A stretch of DNA of 63,636 nucleotides, counting the filler, from Rhabdomonas costata (lineage: Eukaryota): NCBI GenBank assembly GCA_019059605.1. It is 17 parts of 17 records of this genome, joined end to end, with 100 filler letters (N's around TTAATTAATTAA, not from the genome) between each part and the next. Parts side by side here need not be neighbours in the genome. Positions count along the whole stretch, not along the records: positions 1 to 3,650 come from JAHMHO010000633.1; positions 3,751 to 7,400 come from JAHMHO010000634.1; positions 7,501 to 11,151 come from JAHMHO010000635.1; positions 11,252 to 14,900 come from JAHMHO010000636.1; 13 more parts are not named here. One strand, written 5' to 3'. Of this stretch, positions 1 through 14,316 are shown one piece after another (the first letter of the stretch is position 1; every line of letters begins with the position of its first letter). The translations under genes and the position numbers were made by a program. The notes below the pieces were generated by a model. That model made no database searches. It had not been told where the DNA came from and saw only the letters and a program-made list of their open reading frames with translations.

Positions 1-2
1 AT

Positions 3-2040
<2,038 letters not shown>

Positions 2041-2859
2041 GGGGCATCGTGTAAGGGCACCCCGGTTGAGCTTGAGCATGACAGTTCTTTGTTTCCTTTG
2101 TTTCCTTGTTTTTATCTCGTATGGTTCATGTTGTACTTCTGGCCAAGCGCTATCAAAGGGGGCCGCAACCGTTGGTTGGGCTCACCTTTTCCATCGATGG
2201 GAGCGATATCTCCTGACACTCCAACCCGCTTGACCTTGGTTGGTCTTCCTTTTTTTTTTCGGTTGTTGTGTGTTGCAAACCTCCCTCTGGTCATCGGCAT
2301 TCTATTGATTCATCAATCATTCTTATATTCGCTCGTCCTTCTCACAGACGCGGTGTCATGCACACACACACACAGACCCGCAGTCCCCACCCTCACACCC
2401 AAACACATCCGTATATGTATTGCATTATCCTTTGCTTTTATTGGGAGGACTCGTGAACCAATCGTTTTCTCGTAATTTTGTTGTTTCTTTTTAGTCTCGG
2501 AGATTGTTGACGATGGGCATTCACGAGATGTCAAATTTTGAGCAAGGCGATCCAAGCGAAGTGATGGGACTGTGAGCCGACGGCGTCACATGCATGGTTG
2601 CAGCCAGAAGCGTGGCAGTACCAAAAATGAATGCTGCATCACCCCCCCCCCCTCCTCAGTTATGAAACACTACCTAATCCCAGCGGTATAGGGATATAAA
2701 AAACCGATAAACTGAAGTTAGGAATGAAGAATATCTTGAGCGCAGTATCAGGTGTTTGTCTTATGAACAGCAGTGACCCTGTGTTGCTTTCTTGTTTCAT
2801 CTCCCCAAGCAATCCCCGCATCCAACTACTGCCACAGTGTTTCCCCACTGCGGGGGGCT

Positions 2860-3411
2860 TCAAGAGGCCCTCTTTCCCTCATACCCAAGAGAAACCGCTT
2901 TATCCGGCCTACTAAAGAATTAAGTGCAATTCCTTGGGCTTTCCAACTCACCCGATATCCTGCTCTGAAGCATTAACAAACCGCTCCACCGGGCGCTGTC
3001 CCCTGTAGGCGGATTCAAGGTCATGTTCGAGCCAAAACCTTGGCTGAAAGTCACCGTTTGTTACGCATATACCGTAATAACCGGTTGGGGGAAAGAACAT
3101 CCTGTTGGGAGTGTATGTGTATTCTCAGCAGTGCCACCTTCCACCCATCAATCTATCCGTGGCAATGGCTATGCAAGGGGTTGGCCATGGGCGGGTTGGA
3201 AGCAGCAAAAGATCACTACCCGTTCTCATTTACGTGGGTTTTGTGCTTCCCTCCGTGAGACTCCGGTCAGATGCTTACTGCTCTTTCTATTCCTCTCTTC
3301 CTTTCTGCGTGATGGTGCACGGGCACCATACGCATACCCTACCTTAGTTTTTCGACGGGCTGTCCTGAGGAAGTATACACCCGTCTGCACCCCAACCCGC
3401 CTGGACAACAT
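2860..3411 (-). CDS. Possible small (~70 aa) spliced hypothetical protein; exons 3411-3343, 3043-2952, 2908-2860
   Basis: Phase-consistent GT-AG chain (donors GTAGGG, GTGAGT) gives MLSRRVGVQTGVYFLRTARRKTK/PRFWLEHDLESAYRGQRPVERFVNASEQDIG/PDKAVSLGYEGKRAS*. No recognised homology. Confidence 0.35.
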
Positions 3412-3650
3412 CTTGGCGCCAACTTCGGGAGCTGCCACTAGCCCTTGCCTTCACCTCAGTTTCAGCAGGCTCTGCCGATCACAATGTTGTTGTTCCATGG
3501 CTGCCCTTTGTTCTCTTCGATGTCCGTTCCTGTGCAGAGCCCGCCCACAGTGCCAAAGGAGGAAATGCATTGTGGTTCTGCGGAAAAAGAAAGGTCTCTT
3601 GAATTCCGCGCACCCTGCAGCTCAAGCTTTGAAAAGAGTAACCCGCTCAT

Positions 3651-3750
3651 NNNNNNNNNNNNNNNNNNNNNNNNNNNNNNNNNNNNNNNNNNNNTTAATT
3701 AATTAANNNNNNNNNNNNNNNNNNNNNNNNNNNNNNNNNNNNNNNNNNNN
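3651..3750. other. Artificial contig spacer (N-run, TTAATTAATTAA, N-run); 16 in total, also near 7450, 11200, 14950, 18700, 22455, 26205, 29950, 33695, 37440, 41185, 44990, 48730, 52470, 56210, 59950
   Basis: Identical six-frame-stop 12-mer embedded in Ns at about 3.75 kb periodicity. Confidence 0.99.
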
Positions 3751-4985
3751 TTTGGTTACTCATGCCGTCTCCACTGCCCCCGACTGGTGGGAGAATGCGC
3801 ATAAATATCTGTGGTGTTGAAATTTGTGGGTTCCCATTCTCTTGAGACACTGACGACTTCCACCGTTGACAGGGACAATGTGCGTTGTAACCTGAGTGTT
3901 TTACACGGCTTCTTTGCTTTGCTTTCGGGCTGACCCGTTTTGCGTTTTGCGCTGAGCAAATTTCGTTTCCTCCGCAGAGCGAACCGCAGGGTCGACTCTT
4001 CAGTTTCCGTGCTGCTTTGTTTTTCGACGTGGCGCCTGGGTGGGTGTGAGGAAAGGAAGAAGTCGGCCGGGTTGCTCAATGTTCAGCTAAAATAGATGTA
4101 ACCTTCGCGGTGTCTCCGATGTGTGTGTGTGCGTACCAATAGCAATCAGACCCCTGACCCATCCCTCGTGGAGCGGTGGTGTCTCCACTTTGACTTTCCT
4201 TTGCATGTTTTGGGATGTGAAATTTTCATGTAGTCATGGTGAGGGAGTGAGAGGATGTCGTTGCAGCCCACCGGAGGCTTGGTGCCACGCGGCTTCTCCG
4301 CAGCTTCGTGTGTTTGTGTGTGCACGTGCGTCTTTCCTCTTTGCGCGCACCACCTCTTTTGTGTGTCGCGATACACCAAGCTGCACCTTGGGCAAGTGCC
4401 TGACCTTTGTCGATGTTGCGGTGTGCCAGACATCTTGTGCCTTCCTTGATTGACCCACAGAGCCCCTGACTTGCCTGGGTATGCTCACGTGGTGGGATTG
4501 GAGGCAAAGCTTTGGCCAGAACATTGCTCCCATTGGCTCCTATTGGCGCGGTTGTGCTGCGATAGAACGGAACCATGAAACCTTGCGGAGGGATTCTGCC
4601 CTGAAAAAGGACATGACTTGTGTCAGTGATGCTATTTTTGTGTGGCCCTGAGTTGTTGACGAGAGATGGGCTCACACTTCCTTCCCCGAAGCGAGGCAGT
4701 CACAATTATTGGAAGCAATGTTGAAAAGTGGATGCTTGCCGGGCACTGCGCTTTTCCTTTTTTCCCTTCAGGCCGTTTACAGCACTGCTCCACAATACAC
4801 CCGAACCTCCCAGCATACATTCCCCACGTCCCCCTGCCCGTTGCGATCGGGGTTAAAGGCTTTTGTGCCTGCCTGAGAGCTTCGAGGAGACGGGGCTTTT
4901 GCACGGTTGCTCTCTCCGTGGCCTTCCTCTGTCCCGGTGTGTCAGGCTGTGTGGAGAGCGTTGCCGGCCTCACTGGTGCTGCGCG

Positions 4986-7400
4986 ATGGAGGGGGAAACC
5001 CCCCGTGCCCTGGCTGCCCGAATGAAGGGCTACGAAACGGGTTGGCCCCCATCCTTCTGCTGCTTTTTGTTCTCGATGAGTGGGTTGGAGGAAGGCTTGG
5101 CCTGCGTCACCCATTCACAGAGGCTGTGCTTCCGCGTAAGCTTCCCTTTGTGGTGCGCCTGGATGGCCACGCCTTCTCGACGTTCACTCGGGGCTTTGAG
5201 AAGCCCTTCGACCGCAGGCTGCACCAGGTGCACCCACACCAATTCCCGATTCGGCATGAAGCACGTTCTGTCCTTGTCTTTCTATTTGCCCTCAGTTAGC
5301 TGCCATTCCTGTCTATCGAAATTAATGAGTATTAGTTGCAGTCGGCACGTTGAGTAGCCTGTTCGATACGGGTATTGAGGACTATAGACTCACTGATGAA
5401 CAACCGGAGAGCTCGGGAGAGTCTCCAAGAGTTTCTGGAGCATGGTCCCCCTTGGGGTTCAGGCCATGGTGCGCACCACGGGGGAGCTTCTGCAGCAGTT
5501 CGGCGCCAGCGTAGCCCTCACACAGTCCGACGAGATCTCTTTGGTGTTTCTCCCTACCATCGTGGTGTGTGTGATTTTCTTGGAACTCGACAAACTGCTT
5601 CTGCCGCCTTAATGGAAAATTTCCATCTGCACACGCACACAACATTTCTTTGCCGTTTGTTTTCAGCTACTGACGTTATTCGACTAACTCAACCGCCGTT
5701 CTCGGGGTGGAGTGGTGGGTGCATTCCCTCAAATTGTGCTGATGTGGCGAATTTTAATTCCATTTTTGCACATTCGCACGTGCGGTATTTTTGCCAACTT
5801 CGCCAAACTTGGCGATCTTTTGCCCCCAATGGGACGTTCTCACCTCCTCTAACATCCGAAAAGCTGTTTTTCTGCACCGGACTAAACTGGGGCGTTTTTG
5901 TATGGTGGTGCCTGGCCTTCACAGTTCCGCAGCCTGTGTGCTGTCGTGCCACAGGTTTCCAGGAAGGCCAAACCCGGTGCTGCCTCGCAGGTTGCTTCGG
6001 CCGCAGGCACATGTTTCACGCCTCCCTCCCGCCCCCTACACAGCCGAAGTGCGGAGGAGCGCGCACACAGTGACCCAAGCCTTTGGAATGTTATTAAGGA
6101 CCGGAGGGATGTCGACTTGTTTGTGTTTTGCTATCCCTTCCGTTGGGGACTCATTTTGATGTATCCGCTGTTCACGGAAACTGGGTGCTGGCCCGCACAG
6201 GTTTAGAAGGAGGCTCCGCGGGGTCTGAAAGTCAGTCCTACCGGGAGCTTATCTTCGGGGGCCGAGTGCAGAAGATCGTCTCGCTGCTCGCCGGGATGGC
6301 CTCGGTGCGGTTTCACGTCAACCTCATGCAGGTGCGCCAGCTGCGGCGCGGGGCTATGTGACGAGCACTCCTGACCACAGAGTTGCCCAGTCCTTTTGCG
6401 CGCAAATTTGGGGGCGGCCCAAGCCCTGACGGGCACGCGTTTACAGCTCCCCTTGTTTGAAGTTGACTAGCTGGGTCTCTGGCACGCACCCTTCGCCACG
6501 CTTCCGGTTAACCCTTCACCCCTGCAGCTGTTGTAGCCCCGCTCTGCCCTTTCTCCGCCATTCAATGTAATCAATCCTTCCCCCATTCACTGTGGTGCCT
6601 CTCACTCTCTCACTCTCTCACTGTGCTGCCATTGTCGTTGATTCCTTCTGTTTCAAAAGGAGGACTTCAGCTCCTCCCCCGTAGAGGTGAGGCGTCGGGT
6701 GGAGACAAACCCGCCCCCCTTCGATGGCCGGGCCTTCTCCTTGCCCAGCGAGGCCGAGGTCTTGGCCAACCTGATATGGAGGAGCACCTTGGACTGTGTC
6801 CGGAACTCCCGGCTCGGTCTGGCGCTGGCACATTACCCCCAGGGGCAGATCCACGGCATCCCCACCCATGAGCTGGTGGATCGCCTGCGCCGAGAAAAGG
6901 TCCTCTGTGTGTGTGTCAGTTTTGTGTGGTCGTCGGTTCCGAGATGCGAGATGAGAGGAAATTGACGTGAGGCAGCGATGCGTAGAGCGGACGGAGGAGG
7001 AGGAGGGGTGAGGCTCCGATGAGCCCATCCTCCAGGGGGGATGAGAAACTTGAGTCTTCCCCGTCACCACCCATGCCAAGTGCGCAAAGTGTGTAAATGT
7101 GTGTAAGTGTGAGGATGAAGATCTGGTCGTTTATGTCTTCGCGGCGGGCCAACCAGGCACCTTCTGGCGTTTGTTGTCATGCCTTCAGAGTCACACCAGT
7201 TTTTCGGGAACGAGGACGTGGCCGAGTGCGCCCAACAGCACGCGTAATTCTGATATCCGTTTCGGTATTTTTCACCCAAACCACCCAAATCGACGTGTGG
7301 GTATACTCAATTGCGAGGTGGTGTGTGTGTGTGGGGGGGGGTGCGCAGGGCGTGGATTGGGACGCCATGCCAGGTTGTTTCAAGTATGGTACACACAAAC
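4986..7400 (+). CDS. Thg1-like protein (TLP; tRNA-His guanylyltransferase / 3'-5' RNA polymerase family), 3'-partial; exons 4986-5040, 5121-5227, 5463-~5565, 6201-6331, 6660-6899, 7349-7400
   Basis: Family motifs in order: RMKGYE, VVRLDGHAFSTFTRGFEKPFD, TQSDEISL, FGGRVQKIVSLLAGMAS, FDGRAF, WRSTLDCVRNS, W..MP..FKYGT. The exon 3/4 junction is not fully resolved. Confidence 0.92.
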
Positions 7401-7589
7401 NNNNNNNNNNNNNNNNNNNNNNNNNNNNNNNNNNNNNNNNNNNNTTAATTAATTAANNNNNNNNNNNNNNNNNNNNNNNNNNNNNNNNNNNNNNNNNNNN
7501 GGTTGGTGGTAGGGGAGGGAAGGAGGGCGGGGGAGGCGCTGAGTAGTTGATTAAAGCTCGATTTGCAAAGGTGCCCTCATTGTAAAGAA

Positions 7590-8085
7590 ACGGATAATGG
7601 CTGTTGAGCTGTGCTGTAGGGAAGAGTCTCGAGAAAAAGGCTTTTTCCTCTGTCAATGACTCCCAGGTCATGCTTTCTCCCTCTTGGGGCTCCTGCGCTT
7701 CCTACTGGCACTATTGGGTCCGAAACCTTTATGACGGTATGTCCCATCGGAACCTGGTCTTCCTTAGACCAAATATTGCCTAACGGGGAAAGGGGGCACT
7801 GAAAGGGGAACAGCCACTAAGTTTCAAAGTTATTGCCCATTTCAAGCCATTGCGAAAAATGGATAATGGCTATTTTCTCTGCCAGTGACAGGTCATGTTT
7901 CCCCCTCTTGCTCATTTTCGCCATTTTTGGGGCTTTTTTCCACCGAAAACGAACTTTCGGTGTGTTTTTATACTGGCAGTATTGGGACCGAACCCTTGAT
8001 ACAGTTTGTCCCTGGACCAAATAATGACGAAGGGGGCACTGAAAGGGGAAAAGACACTGAGTTATTGCCCATTCAAGCCCTGAAC
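7590..8085 (+). repeat. Degenerate tandem duplication, two ~230-270 bp units
   Basis: Blocks ggataatggct, caggtcatg..ccctcttg, actggca.tattggg.ccgaa, gaccaaata, aagggggcactgaaaggggaa and agttattgcccatt each occur twice in the same order (7590-7850 and 7860-8080). Confidence 0.75.
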
Positions 8086-8618
8086 GAATGACATTTGAGT
8101 GGATTTTTAATCCCACACACTCAACCCGGTGTAACCCGCACATCCAAAAAAATAAACGCACCTAGGATCTCCAAGGCATCCTGGAAAGAGTCCCAAGGAG
8201 CACGGACATCGCTTCCTAACCGCCTGCAAAAGTTTAATTTATTTTATTGCAATCTCATGAGACCCGTGCACTGGAGCTGGGGATTTCTTTTGGAAACAAG
8301 CGAATTTTTTCTTCGAATTCTTTTCTCGGAGTTTCTCGAAATTTCAGAAAAAGTCATATTTCTACGAAAACTTCCGAAGTGATCGACATCTCTTGAAATT
8401 ATTCATGTTTTGATAAAAATAGGCATAGCGGCAATCAATTCCCCCGTTGCCCTGCTCAGTCCCCCTGAGGTTTATTACCGTTTTTTCAAGCCCCTTTCAT
8501 TTCAAGAGAGAGGATTGTCAGTTCCTTGCTTTCCGGCTTATCTGTCCCTGCGCACCTTTCCTTTGAGTTGAAAAGTGCACTGCGCCTTGTACCCCACGAA
8601 CTCAAACCCCTATGGCAG

Positions 8619-9888
8619 GGCTGGCCGCGATCATCCGGACCTCGGGCAACCCCCAGACCCATGTCATCTTGCGGGGCTCCTCCTCGGGACCCAACTACTC
8701 CGCCGCTCACGTCCAGGACGCGGCAGCTAAGGTCTCTGCGCCCGATTCTCACTGGCACTCTTCTGCCCTCTATGTCAACTCACATTTTGATTATGGGCTC
8801 ATGCTTCTTCCCTCGCTCCCCGATCCCCATCCTTCTTCGCATGTCTTCTCTTTCTTCTCGGTCTCTATTTTTTCCTTTCATTGAGCATTCTTCTGTTTGT
8901 CACCTTCATCCTCGCCCCCCCGCCTCCGTGGTACACGGACATGGTGCACACAGCTACGGGAGAAGAAGCTGTGCGCCAAGATCATGGTGGACTGCTCGCA
9001 CGGCAATTCCAGCAAGGACCACAAGAGGCAACCCATAGGTATCTCCCGCTTTCTCCTTTCGCATAGTCCTCCCATGGCGGTCCGCACTCAGCCCACGTGC
9101 ACCCCACCGCTCCTGTTGTTTTTTTGTCAGTTGCGGTTTACTTGCTTCCGTTGCTCATTTTTGCATTGCGGAGATGTAGACTGACTGATTTGCTCTGTGC
9201 GGGATCTCCTTTTTTCCCGTCACTGTTGTGGTGGCCCTGTGTGAGCAGATTGCAGGCGGGGACACGGCTTTGTTCGGGGCCATGGTGGAGAGCAATCTGG
9301 TGGAAGGAAAGCAGGTTTGCCCTGTGTTGGCATTCCGCCAAGGCGTTTGAAATGGCTCTATGGGTCCAAAAGGCGCACTCTGATGTTTTTGGGCTCTCTT
9401 TTTGTAGAAGGAGACCGGTCTCCTCTCCCGTGAGATTTCTGCGCGCTAGGAAAGCTCCGTTGCTTTGCCATCTGGAACCACCACCAGTGTGTCTGGACTA
9501 TTCCTTTTGGCCGGAGCACTCTAGATGTATGGATCTCATGATTGCAGCGAGCACTGTCGTTCTGTCGTCCGTGTTCAGCTTTGTTTTTGTCGGGGTTCCA
9601 ATTTTCGAAGCCAAACTGGACTCAGCTTGGTTTGGAGTTATGCCAGATGAGGAACAGGCGAAAAAAAGGCGAAGGGCAACGAAGACGAATTTCTCGACTC
9701 CAAACTCAGGCGTTCGCCCCTCCCGCGTTCCCCACCCTGAAATTCCTTTGCAGGACATCGGGAACGGAAAGAACTTGGTCTATGGCAAGAGTGTGACCGA
9801 CGCCTGCGTGGACTTCCCGACCACGGAGCTGATGCTGCGGAAACTCGCGGAAGCTGTGCAGAAGAAGCGTCAGGGGAAGCCTTCCTAG
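8619..9888 (+). CDS. aroG: Class I (AroF/G/H, ARO3/4-type) DAHP synthase, 5'-partial; exons 8619-8731, 8954-9038, 9226-9314, 9754-9888
   Basis: Motifs TSGNPQTHVILRG..GPNY, IMVDCSHGNSSKDHKRQ, GAMVESNLVEGKQ, LVYGKSVTDACV, then TAG. The specific paralog name is not determinable. Confidence 0.93.
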
Positions 9889-10745
9889 GAAACGGAGAGA
9901 GTGCGAAGGGAGGCTGAGAAGGGTCGTGTTCTGAAAAAGGTAGCCCGCTCGGTTTGTCCAAATGCATTGGTGTCCCTTGGAGTGTACGCTTTTCAATTGT
10001 GACTAGATCCCTCTGGGAGAGGTCTAATTTCATTTTGCTGACCACTTGCGTTATGCCTTGATTTTACCTTTTACTGTTGTGTGAACCACTTGCGCCCTCT
10101 AAATCTGTGGTGGTGCAGAGGTGCTGCTGCTCACCACCCCGCACAGCTGTGCCTACTTGCTGGTCTTTACGAAGCTTTGCCCATGGAGAATAATGAGAAG
10201 CAGACAGGGGCTCTCCGCGAGGAACCATTTCTGCAAGCAGCTTTGCTTTACCGCGAACACAAGCTGCATCGTGTGTGGCATATGTGCGTTTCGTTCTATT
10301 TCGGGCTTCGTGTCCTCTCTTCCTAACAAATGTGAGCAGAGCCATTTCCGGAGGATCGGTGAAATCTTTTACCAGCTCGTTGTGTGCCGCTGCCTCTCTC
10401 ATGGCCCTTGCGTTGACGTTGACGTGGTTTGGTTCTGCCCATGTCTCCAACCGTGACCTAACGGCCGCTGACCCGGTCAAAAACCGCGATCGTGTGCTTT
10501 TCCCTCGTTGACTAATTTTGCTCTTGTATGGGTGGTTCTTTTGATTGTGTATGTCTGGTCTTGCTTTCTTCTGCCAGCCCTCAGCCGTTCTCCTTTTTCT
10601 TGCAAAACAAGCAAAGGCGCGAAAACCCCTGTACTAGTTTTTTGCTTCTGTCTCTCTCTCTTTGCACGTTCTTACGGTTAGCGAAGTGAAGGGTTTTGTA
10701 TTTTCTGAGGGCATTCCCCACACCACCACCTGCGTTTCCCGTAAG

Positions 10746-10934
10746 ATGTCCGACGCCGCAAAAGGAGGCGCACCCAAGCCCAAGGCGGCGGCTGCGGATC
10801 AGAAGAAGCTGCAGCAGGACTTGGTTGAGGACCCTGAGGTGATCTTCCCCACTCTCCACCTGTGGGACATCTCTACCTGGCCCCGCCCTGCCTTCTCGAT
10901 TCTCACCTTCTGCACATTCGTTTACTTTTACCCC
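10746..10934 (+). CDS. First coding exon of an unknown protein (MSDAAKGGAPKPKAAAADQKKLQQDLVEDPEVIFPTLHLWDISTWPRPAFSILTFCTFVYFYP)
   Basis: ATG directly after a pyrimidine tract and AG, strongly GC3-biased codons, ends at a GTATGC donor, hydrophobic C-terminal segment. Confidence 0.6.
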
Positions 10935-11251
10935 GTATGCCCTCAGGACGCCGACATAGAAGGCCGCTGAGTTTCAGGCTGGAATGTGGGGCTCCACATT
11001 TCGAATCAGTTGCGCGGAAAAAAGCAACTACTAATACTACTTGTAATGCAGATCATATTACACGTTTGTATTTAGATTCTAACATTCAAGGACGGGAATA
11101 GGTCAAAAAAGATGCCTGAACAACGCTTTTTATGTACATACTGATTTCACANNNNNNNNNNNNNNNNNNNNNNNNNNNNNNNNNNNNNNNNNNNNTTAAT
11201 TAATTAANNNNNNNNNNNNNNNNNNNNNNNNNNNNNNNNNNNNNNNNNNNN

Positions 11252-14200
11252 AGAATCTCCTCCGCTCGGTGACTTCGCCGCGCGAACACGGGCTTCGTCT
11301 TCGTGAGCAAGCACCAATGCAACTTTCCCCCGACGCTCTTTGCACGGCATCTGACTGCTAACTTTGGGGTTCGGATTGGTGTTGCACTGCCCGTTTTAGA
11401 GCAAAAAATCGACCTGGTTTGGCATCTTGAAGCTGACGGGCAGGCTGAAGTTAATGAAGGAGAGTGCTCCCTTCTCCACCTTAACGCAAGGACCTGCGAA
11501 GTTTACTTCGAGTGCGGACATGAATGCCAGCAGCCAGATGTTGGTCATTCGGATAGCAGTTCCTCGCCTGCTGTTACCTCTCCTCGCGCGACTTCTGTGA
11601 GTCGCATTGCACTTCTTGAAAATGTTCCGATTACCTTGGATCTCGAGAAAATTACGTCAGAGAATCATCACCTCCTTTCATGTGCAATTCCTAAAGTTTC
11701 CATGCAGCTCTCGACTTTGACTTCGGCGGTATTGGCGGGAACCTTCAAAGATATGCAACAGGAGTTTGAATCTGCTATGAGCTCCTCTCCTTCTGGTGAA
11801 TTTGCGTCGTCTGTCGTTGAGCGTTCTACATTGCTGAGCGCACCTACCCTCAACCTCATGGTTCAGGTGAAAGGTTTTGGGTTGACCTTCACTAGTGATG
11901 CCGGAGACAAGAAGTATCCATTGTTCGTTTTTCACGGCACGGGAACTCTTCAGCACACGAAAGCTGATGGCCAGTTTCACGCTCACTTGGAGTCTTTCTG
12001 GTGCGACTATTACAGCCCCTGCATTCACAGTTGGGAGCCTTTCCTTGAAAAAGCGAGCGCACACCTTGAAATTCAGAGCAAATCTCTCCCTACCGAGCTG
12101 CACACCGAATGTAAGCTGCGAGCCTCCCTTTTGAACTTCAACGTGACACCCGCCCTAGCGGGTGCCCTGCTCGAGGCATATTGTTTGTGGCATGAGATGC
12201 GGGTGGTCCCCAGTACCGCGTTGCTGCGCGCTGAGGAATTCTTTCTCTTTCATCTGGTCAATCACGCAGGCGCTCCTCTGCTCTTTCGGTGCGAACCTAT
12301 GGGGAGGGTAACAGTGGCACCCTCCAGCACGGCGCGGTTCCGCGTTCAAGGGAGAATAGACACCATTTCGTCGAATCCGCAGCTCTTGAAGGTCCAGCTG
12401 GTTGATGGGGTCAAGGACGGTGACGGGACTCCGATCAGGGTTGATTCTGTGGGAGAGTCTATTTACTCAATACAGGGTATTCCACTCTTGGTCCGTGTTA
12501 ATTTTGGAAAGGGCTTCAAACGGATTGAAGTCACTTCGCTCGTCACGATTATGAATCACACTCCCGTTGGCCTGCTAATTGTCGATGTTGGAAAGGTTGA
12601 CGCCGATGGAGGCTCGCTGGCAATTCCCTCTGATTTTCTGGACGTAAAACCAATGGCTGTTCGTCCATTAGTCGGAGAACAAAAGTTCACTGTCGCTCAG
12701 CTTGGCCTTCGATTTGGAGATCTGCACAAAATGGGCAATGCAAGCTTTACGATGCGGTGCTCTGCAGTTTCTCCCGACACTGGATTGTTTATTTGCTTTG
12801 TCGATCTTGCCGTGAACGAGCTCCTCAATTATGTGACTGTTTCGTTCTCTCCGACCTTTTGCATTCGAAACCTCTGTGGGAGAGCGGTTGAGCTTGAGCT
12901 GTTCGAGTCCAAACGGGGCAAAGCGGGATTCTTCCGAGCAAATCAGACACTGACCGCGGTCGCAAAAGGAAGTGTGGAGCATGAGCACACCTTCAAGGTA
13001 ACGTGCGCAGAAGTTGGATGTGAGCTGTGGCTTGAGTTCAGCGTACAGCAACCAACCATGGAGAAGATCAGCATGAGGTTTGCTGAATCAGAGAGCCAAC
13101 AGGTGCTGGTGAGACCTGTCGGCAATGATAAAGAATATTTTCCAACGGATGCGTTGCTATGCGACTCCAGAAAACGCGAGCTTCGTGTGAACATTGAGCG
13201 CAGCGGCATCAGGGAAATCACGTTGTCGGTTCCTTTCTGGATCATCAACGACACGACATTTTTTGTGAGCTATTCGGACAAGCTGACCAATCGCCGGACC
13301 CTGACTGCCGGGCAGGTGCTGGGGCAGAAGGTCGATAAACCAGATGGAACTCGTGATGGAGGCGATTGCCCAAGCCGGCAGCAGAGTCAATCGGGCATAG
13401 TTCCTAAGTGTCTCACACCTTTTCTTGTGAGCACTGGTACCCAGTTTGGATTTTCGTTGGACTTGGAGCAGTCAGCCCACTTCATGGTTGGTGACGGGGT
13501 GAGTTGGTCGAATTCTGTCAGTATTTCTAGACTAAGCACTCACTCGTTTGTGGAATGTGGCCTGAAAGATGGGACGGGGTACCGTTGCGCTGGCGTCTCT
13601 GTGGAGCTGCCACCGGGCAATGCGAAGCTTTACACAAAGGTGTTACGGCTGACCCCGAGATGGTTATTTCTCAACCGAACTTCGGAGCTTTTGGGTGTTC
13701 GACTCATTTCTCGAGGCTGTGCCGACTTAGTTGTTGAAGTAGCTCCATCCGAGCCCCTTCCTTGTCATTGTGGGAGGGCTTTGGGAAACAGTATTTCTTT
13801 GATTTGTTCAAGGCGGCACCGAGGACGATGGTCGAAGCCTATCATGGTTGACTCGGAAACAGATGTGACTGTTAATCTTTCTTATGTGGGAGATCCAGCT
13901 TCCCTGGCAGCAAAGAAGGAGTCAGTCGGTTTTGCTAATGAGCAACCATCAGAACCATTTGCCCTGGTCATTGTCCGAGTTCGCGTTAGTATGAGAGCCG
14001 GTGTCGCGTTTTTGACACTCGATAGCGTCTCTAAGCCGCCTTACTCTATTCAGAACAGGCTCGGCTTCGAAGTTCAAGTGCAACAACAAGGGATGCCCTT
14101 TGCTTATCCCATCAATCCACGATCAACTGTGGGTTATGCGTGGGATGATCCCGAAGGAGACCTTACTCTTCTAATTCACGTTGAAACCGAAACTTTCCCT

Positions 14201-14316
14201 GCCGTCCTGGACCCAAAACTTCTCAGCCACCCAGATGAAGGGCCATCGACGACTTCGAGTCATAGCTCTTTTCTTCAGAGTGCCACCATCAAAGTTGGCG
14301 GGTCGGTACCATGTGG
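11252..14316 (+). CDS. VPS13: VPS13-family bridge-like lipid transfer protein, large internal exon covering the VAB/SHR-binding repeats
   Basis: More than 1000 uninterrupted codons with WEPFLE, PFWIINDT, TKVLRLTPRWLFLNRT, PPYSIQNR and YAWDDP motifs. Probable donor GTAAGT near 14316. Confidence 0.88.

Noticed and set aside
10064-10480. 138-aa minus-strand ORF between two plus-strand genes
   Set aside because: Non-ATG start, no recognisable motif and no clear splice signals.
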